Source: an uncultured Pseudomonadota bacterium (GTDB lineage Bacteria > Oederibacteriota > Muellerivitia > Muellerivitales > Muellerivitaceae). From it: 64,000 nucleotides of DNA. The stretch spans positions 1-64,000 of the forward strand of contig CAWJKT010000014.1 in NCBI GenBank assembly GCA_963843375.1, read 5' to 3'. Positions 51,469 to 61,646 of this stretch are shown in pieces. A model generated the notes under the pieces. It saw nothing but the letters and a program-made list of their open reading frames with translations, did no database searches and was not told the DNA's origin. A program made the translations under genes and the position numbers. Each line of letters starts with the position of its first letter. The stretch's first letter is position 1.

Positions 51469-52530
51469 AGATTTTGATCACAGGCGGGGCGGGATTCGTT
51501 GGATCTAACCTGGCCAAAGAATTCAAGGAATCCTTTCCGCGAGCGCAAGTCGTGGCTTTCGACAATCTCCACCGCCGGGGTTCGGAAATCAACCTTGCGG
51601 AGTTCAAACGCTTGGGGATTTCTTTTGTCCACGGAGATATCCGGGTGCCCTCCGATTTAAACGACCTGGAAGGTTCTTTTGATCTTTTTGTTGAATCCTC
51701 CGCCGAGCCCAGTGTTCACGCAGGAGTGGGGGCTTCTCCGCGTTATGTCATCGAAACCAATCTGGTGGGCACCATGAATTGCCTCGAGTTCGCCCGGAAA
51801 CAAGCGGCTCAAACCATTTTTCTATCGACATCCCGGGTCTATTCGATCCCCGCCTTGCGGGCCATCCCCTTGAGAGAAACTAAAGACCGCTTTGAGATGA
51901 AGCTTGTCAAAACCGCCAAGGGATACAGCGCACGAGGTATTGCCGAGGATTTTCCAACCGGAGGATTCCGTTCCATTTATGGAAGCACCAAACTGGCTTC
52001 CGAGTTGATACTTCAAGAGTATGCCGAGACTTACGGTATGACGGCCGTCATCAACCGTTGCGGCGTTATCGCCGGTCCCGGACAATTTGGGAAAGTCGAC
52101 CAAGGCGTTTTTACCCTTTGGGTGGCCAACCATTATTTCGGAAAACCCCTATGCTATACCGGTTTCGGGGGCCATGGGAAACAAGTCAGGGACCTGTTGC
52201 ATCCGCGAGACCTTTACCGGCTTATTCGGAAACAGATGGAGAAAATGAACAGGCATTCGGGCCAGGTGTTCAACGTCGGGGGCGGCAGGCCCGTGTCCAT
52301 TTCTCTTAAGGAAATGACGGCACTTTGCCGGAAAGTCACGGGACACCGAGTGGAAGTGAAGTTCGATTCCCGCACAGCGGGGGTGGATATTCCGCTATAC
52401 CTGTCGGACTCTTCCAAGGCTCGGAAAACCTTCGGATGGACACCGGAAAAAAACGATTGAAAATATCATAAGCGACATTTATAACTGGATTCGGTCTGAA
52501 GAATCCCAATTAAAACCCCTGTTTTCTTGA
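51465..52530 (+). pseudogene. Extended SDR NAD-dependent epimerase (CDP-tyvelose 2-epimerase-like); C-terminus frameshifted at A7 52447-52453
   Basis: 'TGGAGFVG', 'STSRVY', 'YGSTK', 'GKQVRD'; A6 instead of A7 restores ...[28 protein letters not shown] ending at 52530. Confidence 0.85.
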
Positions 52531-52561
52531 TCGTTATTTTCCATCCTATCCAGGTGAAAGT

Positions 52562-53632
52562 ATGTCTATCGCCATCGTAACCGGTTCTTCGGGCCTGATT
52601 GGAAGCCAAACCTCCCAATTCCTCTCCGACCAGGGTCTAGATGTGGTCGGAATCGACAACAATCTACGGCAATATTTTTTCGGGAAAGACGGGTCCACCC
52701 TTTGGAACCTGGAAAGCATGAAAAAAAGGATCCCGAGGTTTACCCATCACGCCTTGGATATTCGCGACCAAGATAAGATCTTCGGGTTGTTCAAAAAATA
52801 TGGAACGGATATCCAACTCGTGGTGCATGCGGCGGCCCAGCCCAGTCATGATTGGGCGGCGTTGGAGCCCTTTACTGATTTCTCGGTGAACGCCAGCGGG
52901 ACTTTGATTCTTCTGGAGGCGGCGCGGCAGTTTTGCCCTAAGGCCGTTTTTATCTTTACTTCCACAAACAAGGTTTACGGTGACACCCCCAATCAACTTC
53001 CATTGGTGGAAACGCCTACCCGGTGGGAGATACTAGCTTCCCACCCTTACTACCCCAAAGGCATTAATGAGGCAATGTCGATTGACCAGTCCAAGCACAG
53101 TCTTTTTGGGGTTAGCAAAACGGCTGCGGATTTGATGGTCCAGGAATACGGCAAGTACTTCGGAATGCGGACCGGGGTGTTTCGCGGGGGATGCTTGACT
53201 GGGCCGGCCCATTCGGGGACAAAGCTCCACGGCTTTTTGGCTTACCTGGTGAAATGTGTAGTGGGAAGGATTCCCTACACAGTTTTCGGTTACAAGGGAA
53301 AGCAAGTGAGGGATAACATCCATTCCTACGACCTAGTCCAGGCCTTTTGGAATTTTTTCCAAAACCCCAGGTCCGGCGAAGTTTACAACATGGGCGGTTC
53401 CAGGGTGAGCAACTGCTCCATGCTGGAAGCCATCGCCCTCGCCGAGGAATTATCCGGTGAAAAGCTTCAATATTCCGTTTCCCAGGAGGCGCGTTCCGGC
53501 GACCATATTTGGTGGATCAGCGACGTTTCAAAGTTTCAAAACCACTTTCCCGGCTGGTCCTACCGTTTTGACCTTCGAAAAATAATGGTGGAAATCGTGA
53601 ACGCCACCCGCGAACGGATCGGGGCCCCATGA
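52562..53632 (+). CDS. Extended SDR NAD-dependent epimerase (CDP-tyvelose 2-epimerase-like) with FxxxK in place of YxxxK
   Basis: 'TGSSGLIG', 'AAQPSHDWA', 'STNKVYG', 'HSLFGVSK', 'GKQVRDNIH'. Confidence 0.88.
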   Translation: MSIAIVTGSSGLIGSQTSQFLSDQGLDVVGIDNNLRQYFFGKDGSTLWNLESMKKRIPRFTHHALDIRDQDKIFGLFKKYGTDIQLVVHAAAQPSHDWAALEPFTDFSVNASGTLILLEAARQFCPKAVFIFTSTNKVYGDTPNQLPLVETPTRWEILASHPYYPKGINEAMSIDQSKHSLFGVSKTAADLMVQEYGKYFGMRTGVFRGGCLTGPAHSGTKLHGFLAYLVKCVVGRIPYTVFGYKGKQVRDNIHSYDLVQAFWNFFQNPRSGEVYNMGGSRVSNCSMLEAIALAEELSGEKLQYSVSQEARSGDHIWWISDVSKFQNHFPGWSYRFDLRKIMVEIVNATRERIGAP

Positions 53633-54386
53633 AGCTTTCGGTGGTCATTCCCGCCTACAATGAAGAAGGCGAGATCGAAAAGACGGTCCGAAATCTTTAT
53701 ATCCAACTGAAGCATTACCGGATCCCCCATGAAATCATTGTCGTCAACGACAATTCACATGATGGCACCGAGACCAATCCTGAAGTCCCTGAGAAGGAAT
53801 ATCCCCACATTCCGGTACGTCAATAACCTTCCTCCCAACGGATTCGGTCTAGCGGTCCGGAAGGGATTCGCGGAATCCCGGGGAGAGGCAATCGCGGTTT
53901 ATATGGCTGACGCTTCAGACAGCCCTGAGGATTTGGTGGCCTTTTACCGGGTGATGAAAAAGGAAGGGGTGGATTGCGTCTTCGGAACCCGTTTTAGCCG
54001 CGGACTCAAAGGTGGTGGATTATCCGATCCACAAGCTTCTTTTGAATCGGTGGGCCAATTTCCTGATCCGTCTTCTTTTCGCGATTCCTTATAACGACAC
54101 GACCAACGCTTTTAAGCTCTATAGGCGCCATGTGATCGTCGGCGTCCAGCCCCTGATATCCCACCACTTCAACTTGACAGTGGAAATCCCCCTAAAAGCC
54201 ATCGTCCGGGGCTACAGCTATGCGGTGGTTCCCAACAGTTGGACCAACCGTAAATCGGGCATCTCGAAACTCAAAATCAAGGAAATGGGCTCCCGTTATC
54301 TTTTTATCGTCCTCTATTGCCTCATTGAAAAGTGGTTGTCCCGGGGAGATTACCACCGGCAAAGGATTGAAAAACTGATGGATTGA
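53629..54386 (+). pseudogene. DPM1-like GT2 (polyprenol-phosphate sugar synthase type) split by two +1 frameshifts (about 53775 and 54005)
   Basis: Three colinear pieces: 'SVVIPAYNEE..VNDNSHDGT' / 'GFGLAV..MADASDSP..FGTRF' / 'DTTNAFKLYRR..WTNRKSGISK'. Confidence 0.87.
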
Positions 54387-54536
54387 ATGCCAGGGCGTTT
54401 TCAGATGGCTGGTTTTAGGATCGTTTAAAACGTTAATTCATCATCCCGCGAAGCTTCCCTAGAAAAAGGTTCGAAAAAAAGCTCGAATTGAGGGTAGAAT
54501 TACGCCCTATTCGAACTCGTAAAAAGGGTCTTATCC

Positions 54537-55610
54537 ATGAAAATGCTTATTACCGGGGGTGCGGGCTTTATCGGCTCCAACTTCGTCCGGCTCGCCTTGA
54601 AACAAGGGCACCAAGCGGTCGTGCTCGACTTGCTGACCTATGCGGGCCATGAATCCACCCTGGACGACGTTAAAAAATCTCCTTCCTTTACCTTCATTAA
54701 AGGTGACGTGGCGGACCGGGAAAAGGTACGCGACGTTTTTGAAAAGCATAAACCTAGCGCGGTGGTCCATTTTGCCGCGGAATCCCATGTGGACCGATCC
54801 ATTGACGACCCCGGGAGTTTCTTGAGAACCAACGTGATGGGAACCTTCGAGTTAATGGATGCGGCCCGGCGCCAGTCCGGTTTGCCCGAAGGTTTCCGCT
54901 TCATCCTGGTTTCTACGGACGAGGTTTATGGAGCCCTGGGCGCAACCGGGGCTTTCACTGAGAGCAGCCCCTTCTCACCCAATTCACCCTATTCCGCCAG
55001 CAAGGCCGGCGCCGATCTTTTGGCCCGGGCCTACCATGAGACCTTCCAATTTCCCGTCATCATCACGAACTGTTCCAATAATTATGGTCCCTACCAGTTC
55101 CCGGAAAAACTGATTCCTCTCATGCTTTTGAACGCATTGGAAGCCAAGGATCTGCCGGTTTATGGCGATGGGGGGCAAATTCGGGACTGGCTTTACGTGG
55201 AAGACCACTGTGAAGCTATTCTGCGGGTCTTGGACAAAGGCAAGACTGGCCTGAAGTACTTGATTGGCGGAAGGTCGGAAATGACCAACTTGAACCTGTT
55301 GGACGCTTTGTTGTCCATCCTGGAGGAACTGCGGCCCGCCGCCCAAAACGCGGCGATGAAGGCCCGGGGTCTTTCCCGATACGCAGATTTGAAGAAATTC
55401 GTGGCGGACCGTCCTGGACATGACCGCCGTTACGCCATCGATCCTTCCTTTACCGAAAAAGAGACGGGCTGGCGACCCCGCTTTTCCTTCAGGGATGGGT
55501 TACGGGCCACCGTAGAATGGTATCTTTCCAACCGGGATTGGTGCGAGAGGGTTCAAGTGAACAACTACGATCGGGGCCGGTTGGGCCTCAAACAAGGAGC
55601 GGGTAAATGA
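54537..55610 (+). CDS. rmlB: dTDP-glucose 4,6-dehydratase
   Basis: 'HFAAESHVDRSI', 'STDEVYG', 'YSASK', 'NNYGPYQFPEK', 'DRPGHDRRY'. Confidence 0.97.
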   Translation: MKMLITGGAGFIGSNFVRLALKQGHQAVVLDLLTYAGHESTLDDVKKSPSFTFIKGDVADREKVRDVFEKHKPSAVVHFAAESHVDRSIDDPGSFLRTNVMGTFELMDAARRQSGLPEGFRFILVSTDEVYGALGATGAFTESSPFSPNSPYSASKAGADLLARAYHETFQFPVIITNCSNNYGPYQFPEKLIPLMLLNALEAKDLPVYGDGGQIRDWLYVEDHCEAILRVLDKGKTGLKYLIGGRSEMTNLNLLDALLSILEELRPAAQNAAMKARGLSRYADLKKFVADRPGHDRRYAIDPSFTEKETGWRPRFSFRDGLRATVEWYLSNRDWCERVQVNNYDRGRLGLKQGAGK

Positions 55611-56479
55611 GGGGAATCCTTCTGGCGGGCGGTGCGGGGACGAGGCTTTATCCCATGACCCGGGTGATGTCCAAGCAGTTGATGCCGCTTTACGATAAGC
55701 CGATGGTTTATTACCCCTTGACCACACTTCTCTGGACGGGTGTCAAAGAAATTCTCATTATTACCACCTCCGAAGACCAAGCTTCCTTTAAACGTCTGCT
55801 GGGGAATGGAGCCTGGCTGGGAGTTCGTTTTCACTATGCCGTCCAACCGGAGCCGAAAGGGATCGCCCAGGCGCTTTTGATCGGCCGTGAATTCCTGGCG
55901 GGTGACTCCTGTGCGCTTGCCCTGGGAGACAACGTTTTTTACGGGCATGGTCTTCCGGAATCCCTGAAGGAAGCTTCAGCTCAAACCGTGGGCGCGACCG
56001 TTTTCGGCTATTGGGTCCGGGATCCCGAGCGTTATGGCGTCTTGGAATTTGCCCATGATGGGACCGTGAAAGACATCCTGGAAAAACCTGCCAAGGCCCC
56101 CTCACCCTGGGCCGTTACGGGCCTTTATCTTTACGACTCCACAGCGCCGGAAAGGGCAGCGCGGCAGAAACCTTCCCCTCGAGGGGAATTGGAAATCACT
56201 GATCTCAACCGGGATTACCTGAAAGATGGCAAGCTCAATGTGGTCAAACTGGGCCGTGGAACGGCTTGGCTGGATTCGGGAACTCCCGAAGCTTTATTGA
56301 AGGCGGGCATATTTCTCCAAGCCATTGAGGAACGGCAGGGATTGAAGGTCTGCTGTCCTGAGGAAGTTGCTTTCGGTCTGGGTTTGATCGGCAAAGCGGA
56401 AATCCTGGATCAAATCAAGACATTGGGTTCGAGCCCTTACGCCCTTTACCTCAAGGAACTCTTAGAGAGGGAACCGTGA
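55607..56479 (+). CDS. rmlA: Glucose-1-phosphate thymidylyltransferase
   Basis: 'LAGGAGTRLYP', 'SKQL', 'EKP', 'RGELEITD', 'WLDSGT'. Confidence 0.97.
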   Translation: MRGILLAGGAGTRLYPMTRVMSKQLMPLYDKPMVYYPLTTLLWTGVKEILIITTSEDQASFKRLLGNGAWLGVRFHYAVQPEPKGIAQALLIGREFLAGDSCALALGDNVFYGHGLPESLKEASAQTVGATVFGYWVRDPERYGVLEFAHDGTVKDILEKPAKAPSPWAVTGLYLYDSTAPERAARQKPSPRGELEITDLNRDYLKDGKLNVVKLGRGTAWLDSGTPEALLKAGIFLQAIEERQGLKVCCPEEVAFGLGLIGKAEILDQIKTLGSSPYALYLKELLEREP

Positions 56480-57030
56480 GTTTACTTGTCGAAACAACGC
56501 CACTAGAGGGGCTTTTGGTCATCAGCCCCAAGAGATTCCCGGATGCCCGGGGTTATCTGGCGGAAACTTACCACGTGGAAAAATACCGGGAGGCGGGTAT
56601 TGGTTCCAACTTTGTCCAAGACAACCAATCCTTCTCTAACCAGGGGGTATTGAGGGGGCTGCATGCCCAGGTTAAAAAACCCCAAGCCAAATTGGTGCGG
56701 GCCCTTATGGGCGAAATCTTCGACGTAGCCGTGGATGCCAGGCCCGGGTCACCCACTTATGGAAAATGGCACGGAGATTATCTTTCGGGCGAGAACCTGA
56801 GGCAGTTGTTCATCCCGGAGGGCTTTCTCCATGGTTTTTGCGTGATCTCGGAAACCGCCTTGGTGCATTACAAATGCTCTAAACTCTACGACCCTACGGA
56901 CCCTTTCGGGGTTAAGTGGGACGACCCGGATTTGGCGATTGAGTGGCCGGTCAAGGCGCCCATCGTTTCTGATAAAGATATTCAAAACATGAGTTGGGCC
57001 GAGGCCCGGCGTGTTTTGGAATCTTCCTAG
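56476..57030 (+). CDS. rmlC: dTDP-4-dehydrorhamnose 3,5-epimerase
   Basis: 'DARG', 'FVQDN', 'VLRGLH', 'DVAVD', 'HGF', 'YK'. Confidence 0.96.
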   Translation: MSLLVETTPLEGLLVISPKRFPDARGYLAETYHVEKYREAGIGSNFVQDNQSFSNQGVLRGLHAQVKKPQAKLVRALMGEIFDVAVDARPGSPTYGKWHGDYLSGENLRQLFIPEGFLHGFCVISETALVHYKCSKLYDPTDPFGVKWDDPDLAIEWPVKAPIVSDKDIQNMSWAEARRVLESS

Positions 57031-57049
57031 ATTTCAAGGGATAAGGACC

Positions 57050-57904
57050 ATGAGGATCGCGGTCATCGGCGCCGGAGGAATGCTAGGTTCCCGGATGACA
57101 GCTTTGTTAATGGATTCGGGCCACCAGGTTTTAACTCCCGGCAGAAGTCAACTAGATGTCACCGATTCCGCCAGCCTGGAGAAATTTTTTAAGAACGAGA
57201 CTTTTGACGGAATCGTCAATGGCTCGGCTTTTACGGCGGTGGATGCCTGCGAGGATCCTGCCCAATATCCGTTGGCTTTCAAGGTCAATGCTTTGGCAGT
57301 GGGTGAAATGGCCAAGCTCTCCCGCGAAAAGAAGAGTTGGCTGGTGCATGTTTCCACTGATTACGTTTTCAATGGAAGCGGGGAAAAACCTTGGCGGGAA
57401 TATGACTCGATCCAGCCCCTGAACGCTTATGGCAAGACCAAAGCCGAGGGTGAAAAATTGTTCTTGGAGCAGGGCTGCCCCGGCTGGATTGTCCGCACCA
57501 GTTGGCTTTACGGTCCCCAAGGTAAACATTTCGTGCGAACCATGGCCAAACTGATGCGGGAAAAAACTATGGTTGAGGTGGTGGAGGATCAAATCGGGGG
57601 ACCCACATACACGGTTGATTTGGCTTACTTCCTCCTCGATTTGATTGAAGGGAAACCCGCCATGGGTCTCTATCATTTTGCCAACGAGGATTATGTTTCC
57701 TGGTTTGGATTCGCGGACGCGATCCGGGAGAAATTGGGTCTTTCTTGCGAGATCAAACCCATTCCCTCCAGCCGCTTTCCCCGGCCCGCCAAAAGGCCCT
57801 TTAATTCGCGGTTCGATCTTTCCAAATCCCGAGCCGTGGCCCGTCATCCTTTCCGCCATTGGCGGGAAGCCTTAGGGGATTACTTGACCACTGAGCCCCT
57901 GTAA
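57050..57904 (+). CDS. rmlD: dTDP-4-dehydrorhamnose reductase
   Basis: 'GAGGMLG', 'STDYVF', 'YGKTK', 'RTSWLY', 'DQIG.PT'; SD AAGGA before ATG 57050 (track 57011). Confidence 0.96.
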   Translation: MRIAVIGAGGMLGSRMTALLMDSGHQVLTPGRSQLDVTDSASLEKFFKNETFDGIVNGSAFTAVDACEDPAQYPLAFKVNALAVGEMAKLSREKKSWLVHVSTDYVFNGSGEKPWREYDSIQPLNAYGKTKAEGEKLFLEQGCPGWIVRTSWLYGPQGKHFVRTMAKLMREKTMVEVVEDQIGGPTYTVDLAYFLLDLIEGKPAMGLYHFANEDYVSWFGFADAIREKLGLSCEIKPIPSSRFPRPAKRPFNSRFDLSKSRAVARHPFRHWREALGDYLTTEPL

Positions 57905-57974
57905 TTCAAAGTCCTTGGATTTCAATAACTCTTCTCGAGGCTAAAGAATTCAATCTTTAGTTGAATCCGTTGGA

Positions 57975-59048
57975 TTGGGGAATTATTCTAAAACAACCTT
58001 GTATAAACTCTTAAAACCTATCCTATTCTCCCTGGAACCCGAGGCCGCCCATCATTTGGCTTTGGGCGCCCTCCAGCTTTCCCGACCTTTTCTTCCCCTC
58101 TTATCTTCCTTGCTTAAGACTCAGGATTCTCGGCTGGTCAAAACACTTTTCGGCTTGAAGTTTCCAAATCCAGTGGGTTTGGCGGCGGGCTTGGATAAGA
58201 AGGGCGAACTTGTGGATGTTTGGGAAAAAGTAGGGTTCGGTTTTGCCGAATTGGGGACTTTTACCGCCAAACCCCAGCCGGGAAATGAGGGGCCCCGGGT
58301 TTTCCGCTATCCCGCCCAAAAAGCCCTGATTAACCGCATGGGGTTTCCCAATCCGGGCGCGCAAGCCGCAGCCCAGGCTTTGAAAGCGGTGAAGGAAAGC
58401 GGGCGGTGGCCTTCCAGTCCGGTGGGGATTAATATCGGCAAGAGCAAAATGACTCCCCTGGAGGGGGCTGTGGAGGATTATTTGGAGTCCTTGGAGTGGC
58501 TCATGCCTTTTGCGGATTATGTGGCGGTCAATGTCAGTTCTCCCAACACTCCCGGTTTGCGAAAGCTTCAGGAAGCCAAGCCCTTGAAGATGCTTTTGTC
58601 CGCCCTGGTGAAGAAATCCGTTAAAAAACCCGTCCTCTTAAAACTCGCTCCTGATTTGGAAGAAAAACCTTTGCGGCAAGCCACGGATACGGCCTTGTCG
58701 GCGGGTTGCGCCGGGTTAATCGCCACTAACACCACACTGTCACGGGAAGGATTGCCCCCTGGGGAATATCCTGAAGGTGGAATGTCGGGAGAACTTTTAA
58801 AAACGAAGTCGACTGGTGTTTTAAAGATGCTCTCCCGTTTTACCAAGGGAAGGGTGCCCCTGGTCGCTGTTGGAGGGATTTTTACCGCAGAAGATGTCCG
58901 GGAAAAATGGGAAGCCGGCGCGAGCCTGGTGCAGGTTTACACGGGGTATATTTATGAGGGACCAAGATTTCCGTCAAGGTTATGCAAAGAACTATTGAAA
59001 AGCCCTTTGCCTCAGCGGCAAGGAGATTCCAAAAGGGATGATAAGTGA
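57975..59048 (+). CDS. pyrD: Quinone-dependent (class 2) dihydroorotate dehydrogenase
   Basis: 'PEAAH', '[11 protein letters not shown]', 'NRMGF', '[11 protein letters not shown]', 'KLAPDL', 'GGMSG'. Confidence 0.96.
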   Translation: MGNYSKTTLYKLLKPILFSLEPEAAHHLALGALQLSRPFLPLLSSLLKTQDSRLVKTLFGLKFPNPVGLAAGLDKKGELVDVWEKVGFGFAELGTFTAKPQPGNEGPRVFRYPAQKALINRMGFPNPGAQAAAQALKAVKESGRWPSSPVGINIGKSKMTPLEGAVEDYLESLEWLMPFADYVAVNVSSPNTPGLRKLQEAKPLKMLLSALVKKSVKKPVLLKLAPDLEEKPLRQATDTALSAGCAGLIATNTTLSREGLPPGEYPEGGMSGELLKTKSTGVLKMLSRFTKGRVPLVAVGGIFTAEDVREKWEAGASLVQVYTGYIYEGPRFPSRLCKELLKSPLPQRQGDSKRDDK

Positions 59049-59548
59049 TGGTGAGCATCAGGAATGGGTTCGCTTTTTTTTGTTTCGGCGCATGGGTGGC
59101 AGCTTTTATCGGCGGATGCGTACCGATCCGGCAAATTCTTCCTTCGCCCCATATGGAAGACCATCACGCCGGAAGCACCTCGACGGCGGTATTTGAAAAT
59201 CCAGATGACTTTAAAAACCTGGGCAATGATGCTTGGAAAAACGAGATGGAGGGAATTGCTTCCTGGTATGGTCAGGATTTTAATGGCCGTTTGACCGCGA
59301 ACGGTGAAATCTATGACATGTACAAATTCACCGCGGCCCATAAGACCCTTCCCCTCGGAACGGTGGTAAAGGTAACCAATCAGGATAATGGAAAGTCCGT
59401 TGAGGTGAGAATTAACGACCGAGGTCCTTACGTAAAGGGGCGCATTATTGACTTGTCTCGTACGGCAGGCCGGGCGATCGGTATGAGGGAAACCGGAACG
59501 GCCCGGGTGAAATTAGAAGTGGTCCATTGGCCCGACGGCAGCCATTAA
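59045..59548 (+). CDS. rlpA: RlpA-family lytic transglycosylase lipoprotein (DPBB domain only, no SPOR)
   Basis: Lipobox-like 'IGGC', 'GIASWYG', 'TANGE', 'TAAHKTLP', 'RINDRGP', 'RIIDLS'. Confidence 0.92.
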   Translation: MMVSIRNGFAFFCFGAWVAAFIGGCVPIRQILPSPHMEDHHAGSTSTAVFENPDDFKNLGNDAWKNEMEGIASWYGQDFNGRLTANGEIYDMYKFTAAHKTLPLGTVVKVTNQDNGKSVEVRINDRGPYVKGRIIDLSRTAGRAIGMRETGTARVKLEVVHWPDGSH

Positions 59549-59558
59549 TAACCGCCCT

Positions 59559-59729
59559 TTAATCGTTGATTTTTTCCATTTTTCGTTTTTTTAACTCGTA
59601 CTCGACTTCCATAAGGCAGGGTTTGCAGAAATACCAGCCATCCCTGTTGAAAATACTTTTTTCCAATACTCCTTTGAGTTTACAAAAATCGCATTCATGA
59701 AAAATGGATTCGACGGTTGCTGAAAACAT
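59559..59729 (-). CDS. 56-aa C4 zinc-finger microprotein (ClpX-type CxxC-x18-CxxC); not in ORF track
   Basis: Hand translation MFSATVESIFHECDFCKLKGVLEKSIFNRDGWYFCKPCLMEVEYELKKRKMEKIND; GGAGG 5 nt upstream; sits entirely within the rlpA-pyrF gap. Confidence 0.75.
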   Translation of the reverse strand: MFSATVESIFHECDFCKLKGVLEKSIFNRDGWYFCKPCLMEVEYELKKRKMEKIND

Positions 59730-59905
59730 TTTGGCCTCCGTTATTTTGCTGGAGATAATTTAATCCGCCGTGATTAAATATCTGTAACGGTTGATGGAAC
59801 CTTTCGTTACAATGGGTTTCTAGCCGGTCACTGAAGTTCCTTTAGGCCCGAAACCAGACAGAGTTGTTGCAAAAAAACGATTCATCGAACGCGGAACGGA
59901 AAAAA

Positions 59906-60727
59906 ATGATTTTGTTTTCCGAAAAACTAAAAAAAGCGATTCAACGCACCCATGGATGTCTCTGCGTGGGATTGGACGTGGACCCGGCCAAGATGCCCAA
60001 GAACCTTCAACATGATGGCGAAGGGGCTTTGAAGTTTTGCCGTTCCATCATCGACGCCACCCGGGACTTGGCGGTGGCTTATAAGCCTAACATGGCTTTT
60101 TTCGAATCATTGGGAGTTCAGGGCTTCGAAGTACTGGAACTATTGCGGCAGTCCATTCCCCATGACGTTCTTTTTGTGACGGACGCCAAAAGAGGGGATA
60201 TTGGCAATACTTCCCATGCCTATGCGAAGGCTTTTTATGGGCTTCTTCAGTCGGATGGTCTTACCCTTTCCCCTTATATGGGAAAGGATTCCATCGATCC
60301 TTTCCTGGAATTTCCCGGAACTTGTTCTTTTGTCCTGTGTCTTACCTCCAATCCTTCCGCGGCCGATTTCCAATTACAAACCCTGCAAAGCGGGGAAAAA
60401 CTTTACGAGAAAGTGGCCAAATCGGTTATGGGATGGGCCGAGGGAAAGAAGGGGGAAATCGGGCTGGTGGTTGGAGCGACCCAAACCCAGCACTTAAAAG
60501 ACCTGCGCCAAATAGCCCCCATGACAACCTTCCTGGTACCGGGGGTAGGATCACAGGGCGGCGATCTCCAGGGTGTTTTGAAAGAGGGGAGAAACAAGGA
60601 AGGGTTCGGATTACTGGTGAATGTATCCCGTCAAATCCTGTATGCTTCCAGCGAGAATGATTTTGCCGAAGCCGCACGGGAACAGGCCCTCAAGTTGGTC
60701 GCCGAGATGAAGCCTTATTTCAGTTGA
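59906..60727 (+). CDS. pyrF: Orotidine-5'-phosphate decarboxylase (subfamily 2)
   Basis: 'LCVGLD', 'YKPNMAFFE', 'DAKRGDIGNT', 'TSNP', 'GLVVGAT', 'PGVGSQGG', 'SR'; track start 59864. Confidence 0.96.
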   Translation: MILFSEKLKKAIQRTHGCLCVGLDVDPAKMPKNLQHDGEGALKFCRSIIDATRDLAVAYKPNMAFFESLGVQGFEVLELLRQSIPHDVLFVTDAKRGDIGNTSHAYAKAFYGLLQSDGLTLSPYMGKDSIDPFLEFPGTCSFVLCLTSNPSAADFQLQTLQSGEKLYEKVAKSVMGWAEGKKGEIGLVVGATQTQHLKDLRQIAPMTTFLVPGVGSQGGDLQGVLKEGRNKEGFGLLVNVSRQILYASSENDFAEAAREQALKLVAEMKPYFS

Positions 60728-60778
60728 TAGCCGTCATTTAATTGATTTTCGCCAAGCACTAACCCCTGAGGGAGTTCC

Positions 60779-61360
60779 ATGACCAACGAAGAAGTACTCA
60801 AGATTTATGAGGAAACGGGAGCCCTTTTAAAGGGGCATTTCCGCTTGTCCTCCGGGCGCCATAGCGACCGCTATCTCCAATCCGCCCTGGTACTCCAATA
60901 TCCCTGGCAGGCGGAGAAACTTTGCCAGGCCCTGGCGGATAAAGTAAAGGTTTTGAATCCCCAAGCGATTCTCTCGCCCGCCATGGGGGGGCTTTTTGTG
61001 GGTCACGAACTGGCCCGGGCCCTGAAGGTCCGGTCCATCTTTACCGAACGCAACAAGGAAACGGATGCCATGGAACTGCGGCGCGGATTTACGGTTGCAA
61101 AAGGGGAGCGGATTTTCGCCGTGGAGGATATCATCACTACCGGAAAGTCCGTCAGGGAATCCTACCAGGTGGTCCGGGCTCTGGGGGCCGAAGTGGTGGG
61201 AGTGGGATGTCTGATCGACCGCAGCGGCGGGGAAAATGTGTTTGATGTTCCCGTGAAATCCCTAACCTCCCTGAAAGTCGAAAGTTGGGAAGAGAAGGAT
61301 TGCCCGATGTGCAAACAGGGATTACCGGTGGTGAAACCGGGGTCCCGGGCTAAGTTTTGA
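60779..61360 (+). CDS. pyrE: Orotate phosphoribosyltransferase
   Basis: 'GHFRLSSGRHS', PRPP motif 'VEDIITTGKS', 'CPMC', 'KPGSR'. Confidence 0.96.
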   Translation: MTNEEVLKIYEETGALLKGHFRLSSGRHSDRYLQSALVLQYPWQAEKLCQALADKVKVLNPQAILSPAMGGLFVGHELARALKVRSIFTERNKETDAMELRRGFTVAKGERIFAVEDIITTGKSVRESYQVVRALGAEVVGVGCLIDRSGGENVFDVPVKSLTSLKVESWEEKDCPMCKQGLPVVKPGSRAKF

Positions 61361-61361
61361 G

Positions 61362-61646
61362 GTGATCATGGCCGATAAAAACCGTAAAACATCCTTCCCG
61401 GCCCCGGCCGAAATCTCACTGACCAAATTCCAGGAATATTTTTATGTGAACCTGCTCTTTTGGGGGTTTCTGGCGGTCCTGGCGGTAATCAGTTTTTTCG
61501 TTTGTGGTGCTGTTTGGGACGATGTCACCTCCGGGGTCATGGAATTTATTTTTGTCATCCTGGGCGGCGGATTCACTTTGGTTTCAGCGATGAATTATAT
61601 CTACGAAAAATATTACGGCCAAACCCCGGGGGAAACGAAGAAATGA
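61362..61646 (+). CDS. Small two-TM hypothetical membrane protein
   Basis: Two hydrophobic segments; coupled to pyrE and to the next gene (ATGA overlap); start may be ATG 61368. Confidence 0.65.
   Translation: MIMADKNRKTSFPAPAEISLTKFQEYFYVNLLFWGFLAVLAVISFFVCGAVWDDVTSGVMEFIFVILGGGFTLVSAMNYIYEKYYGQTPGETKK

Noticed and set aside
57152..57859. Long antisense ORFs (also 18383..19069, 61676..62329, 50332..50934)
   Set aside because: Shadow frames of well-supported genes with no recognisable motifs
59835..59870. PyrR-binding-loop or SRP-like resemblance upstream of pyrF
   Set aside because: Lacks AGUCC-NGNGAGGYU and CAGG/AGCA cores; no clear U-tailed terminator
61460..61642. N-terminal extension of the 397-aa ORF in the track
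   Set aside because: Overlaps the 61362 gene; the signal peptide and ATGA coupling indicate a start at 61643
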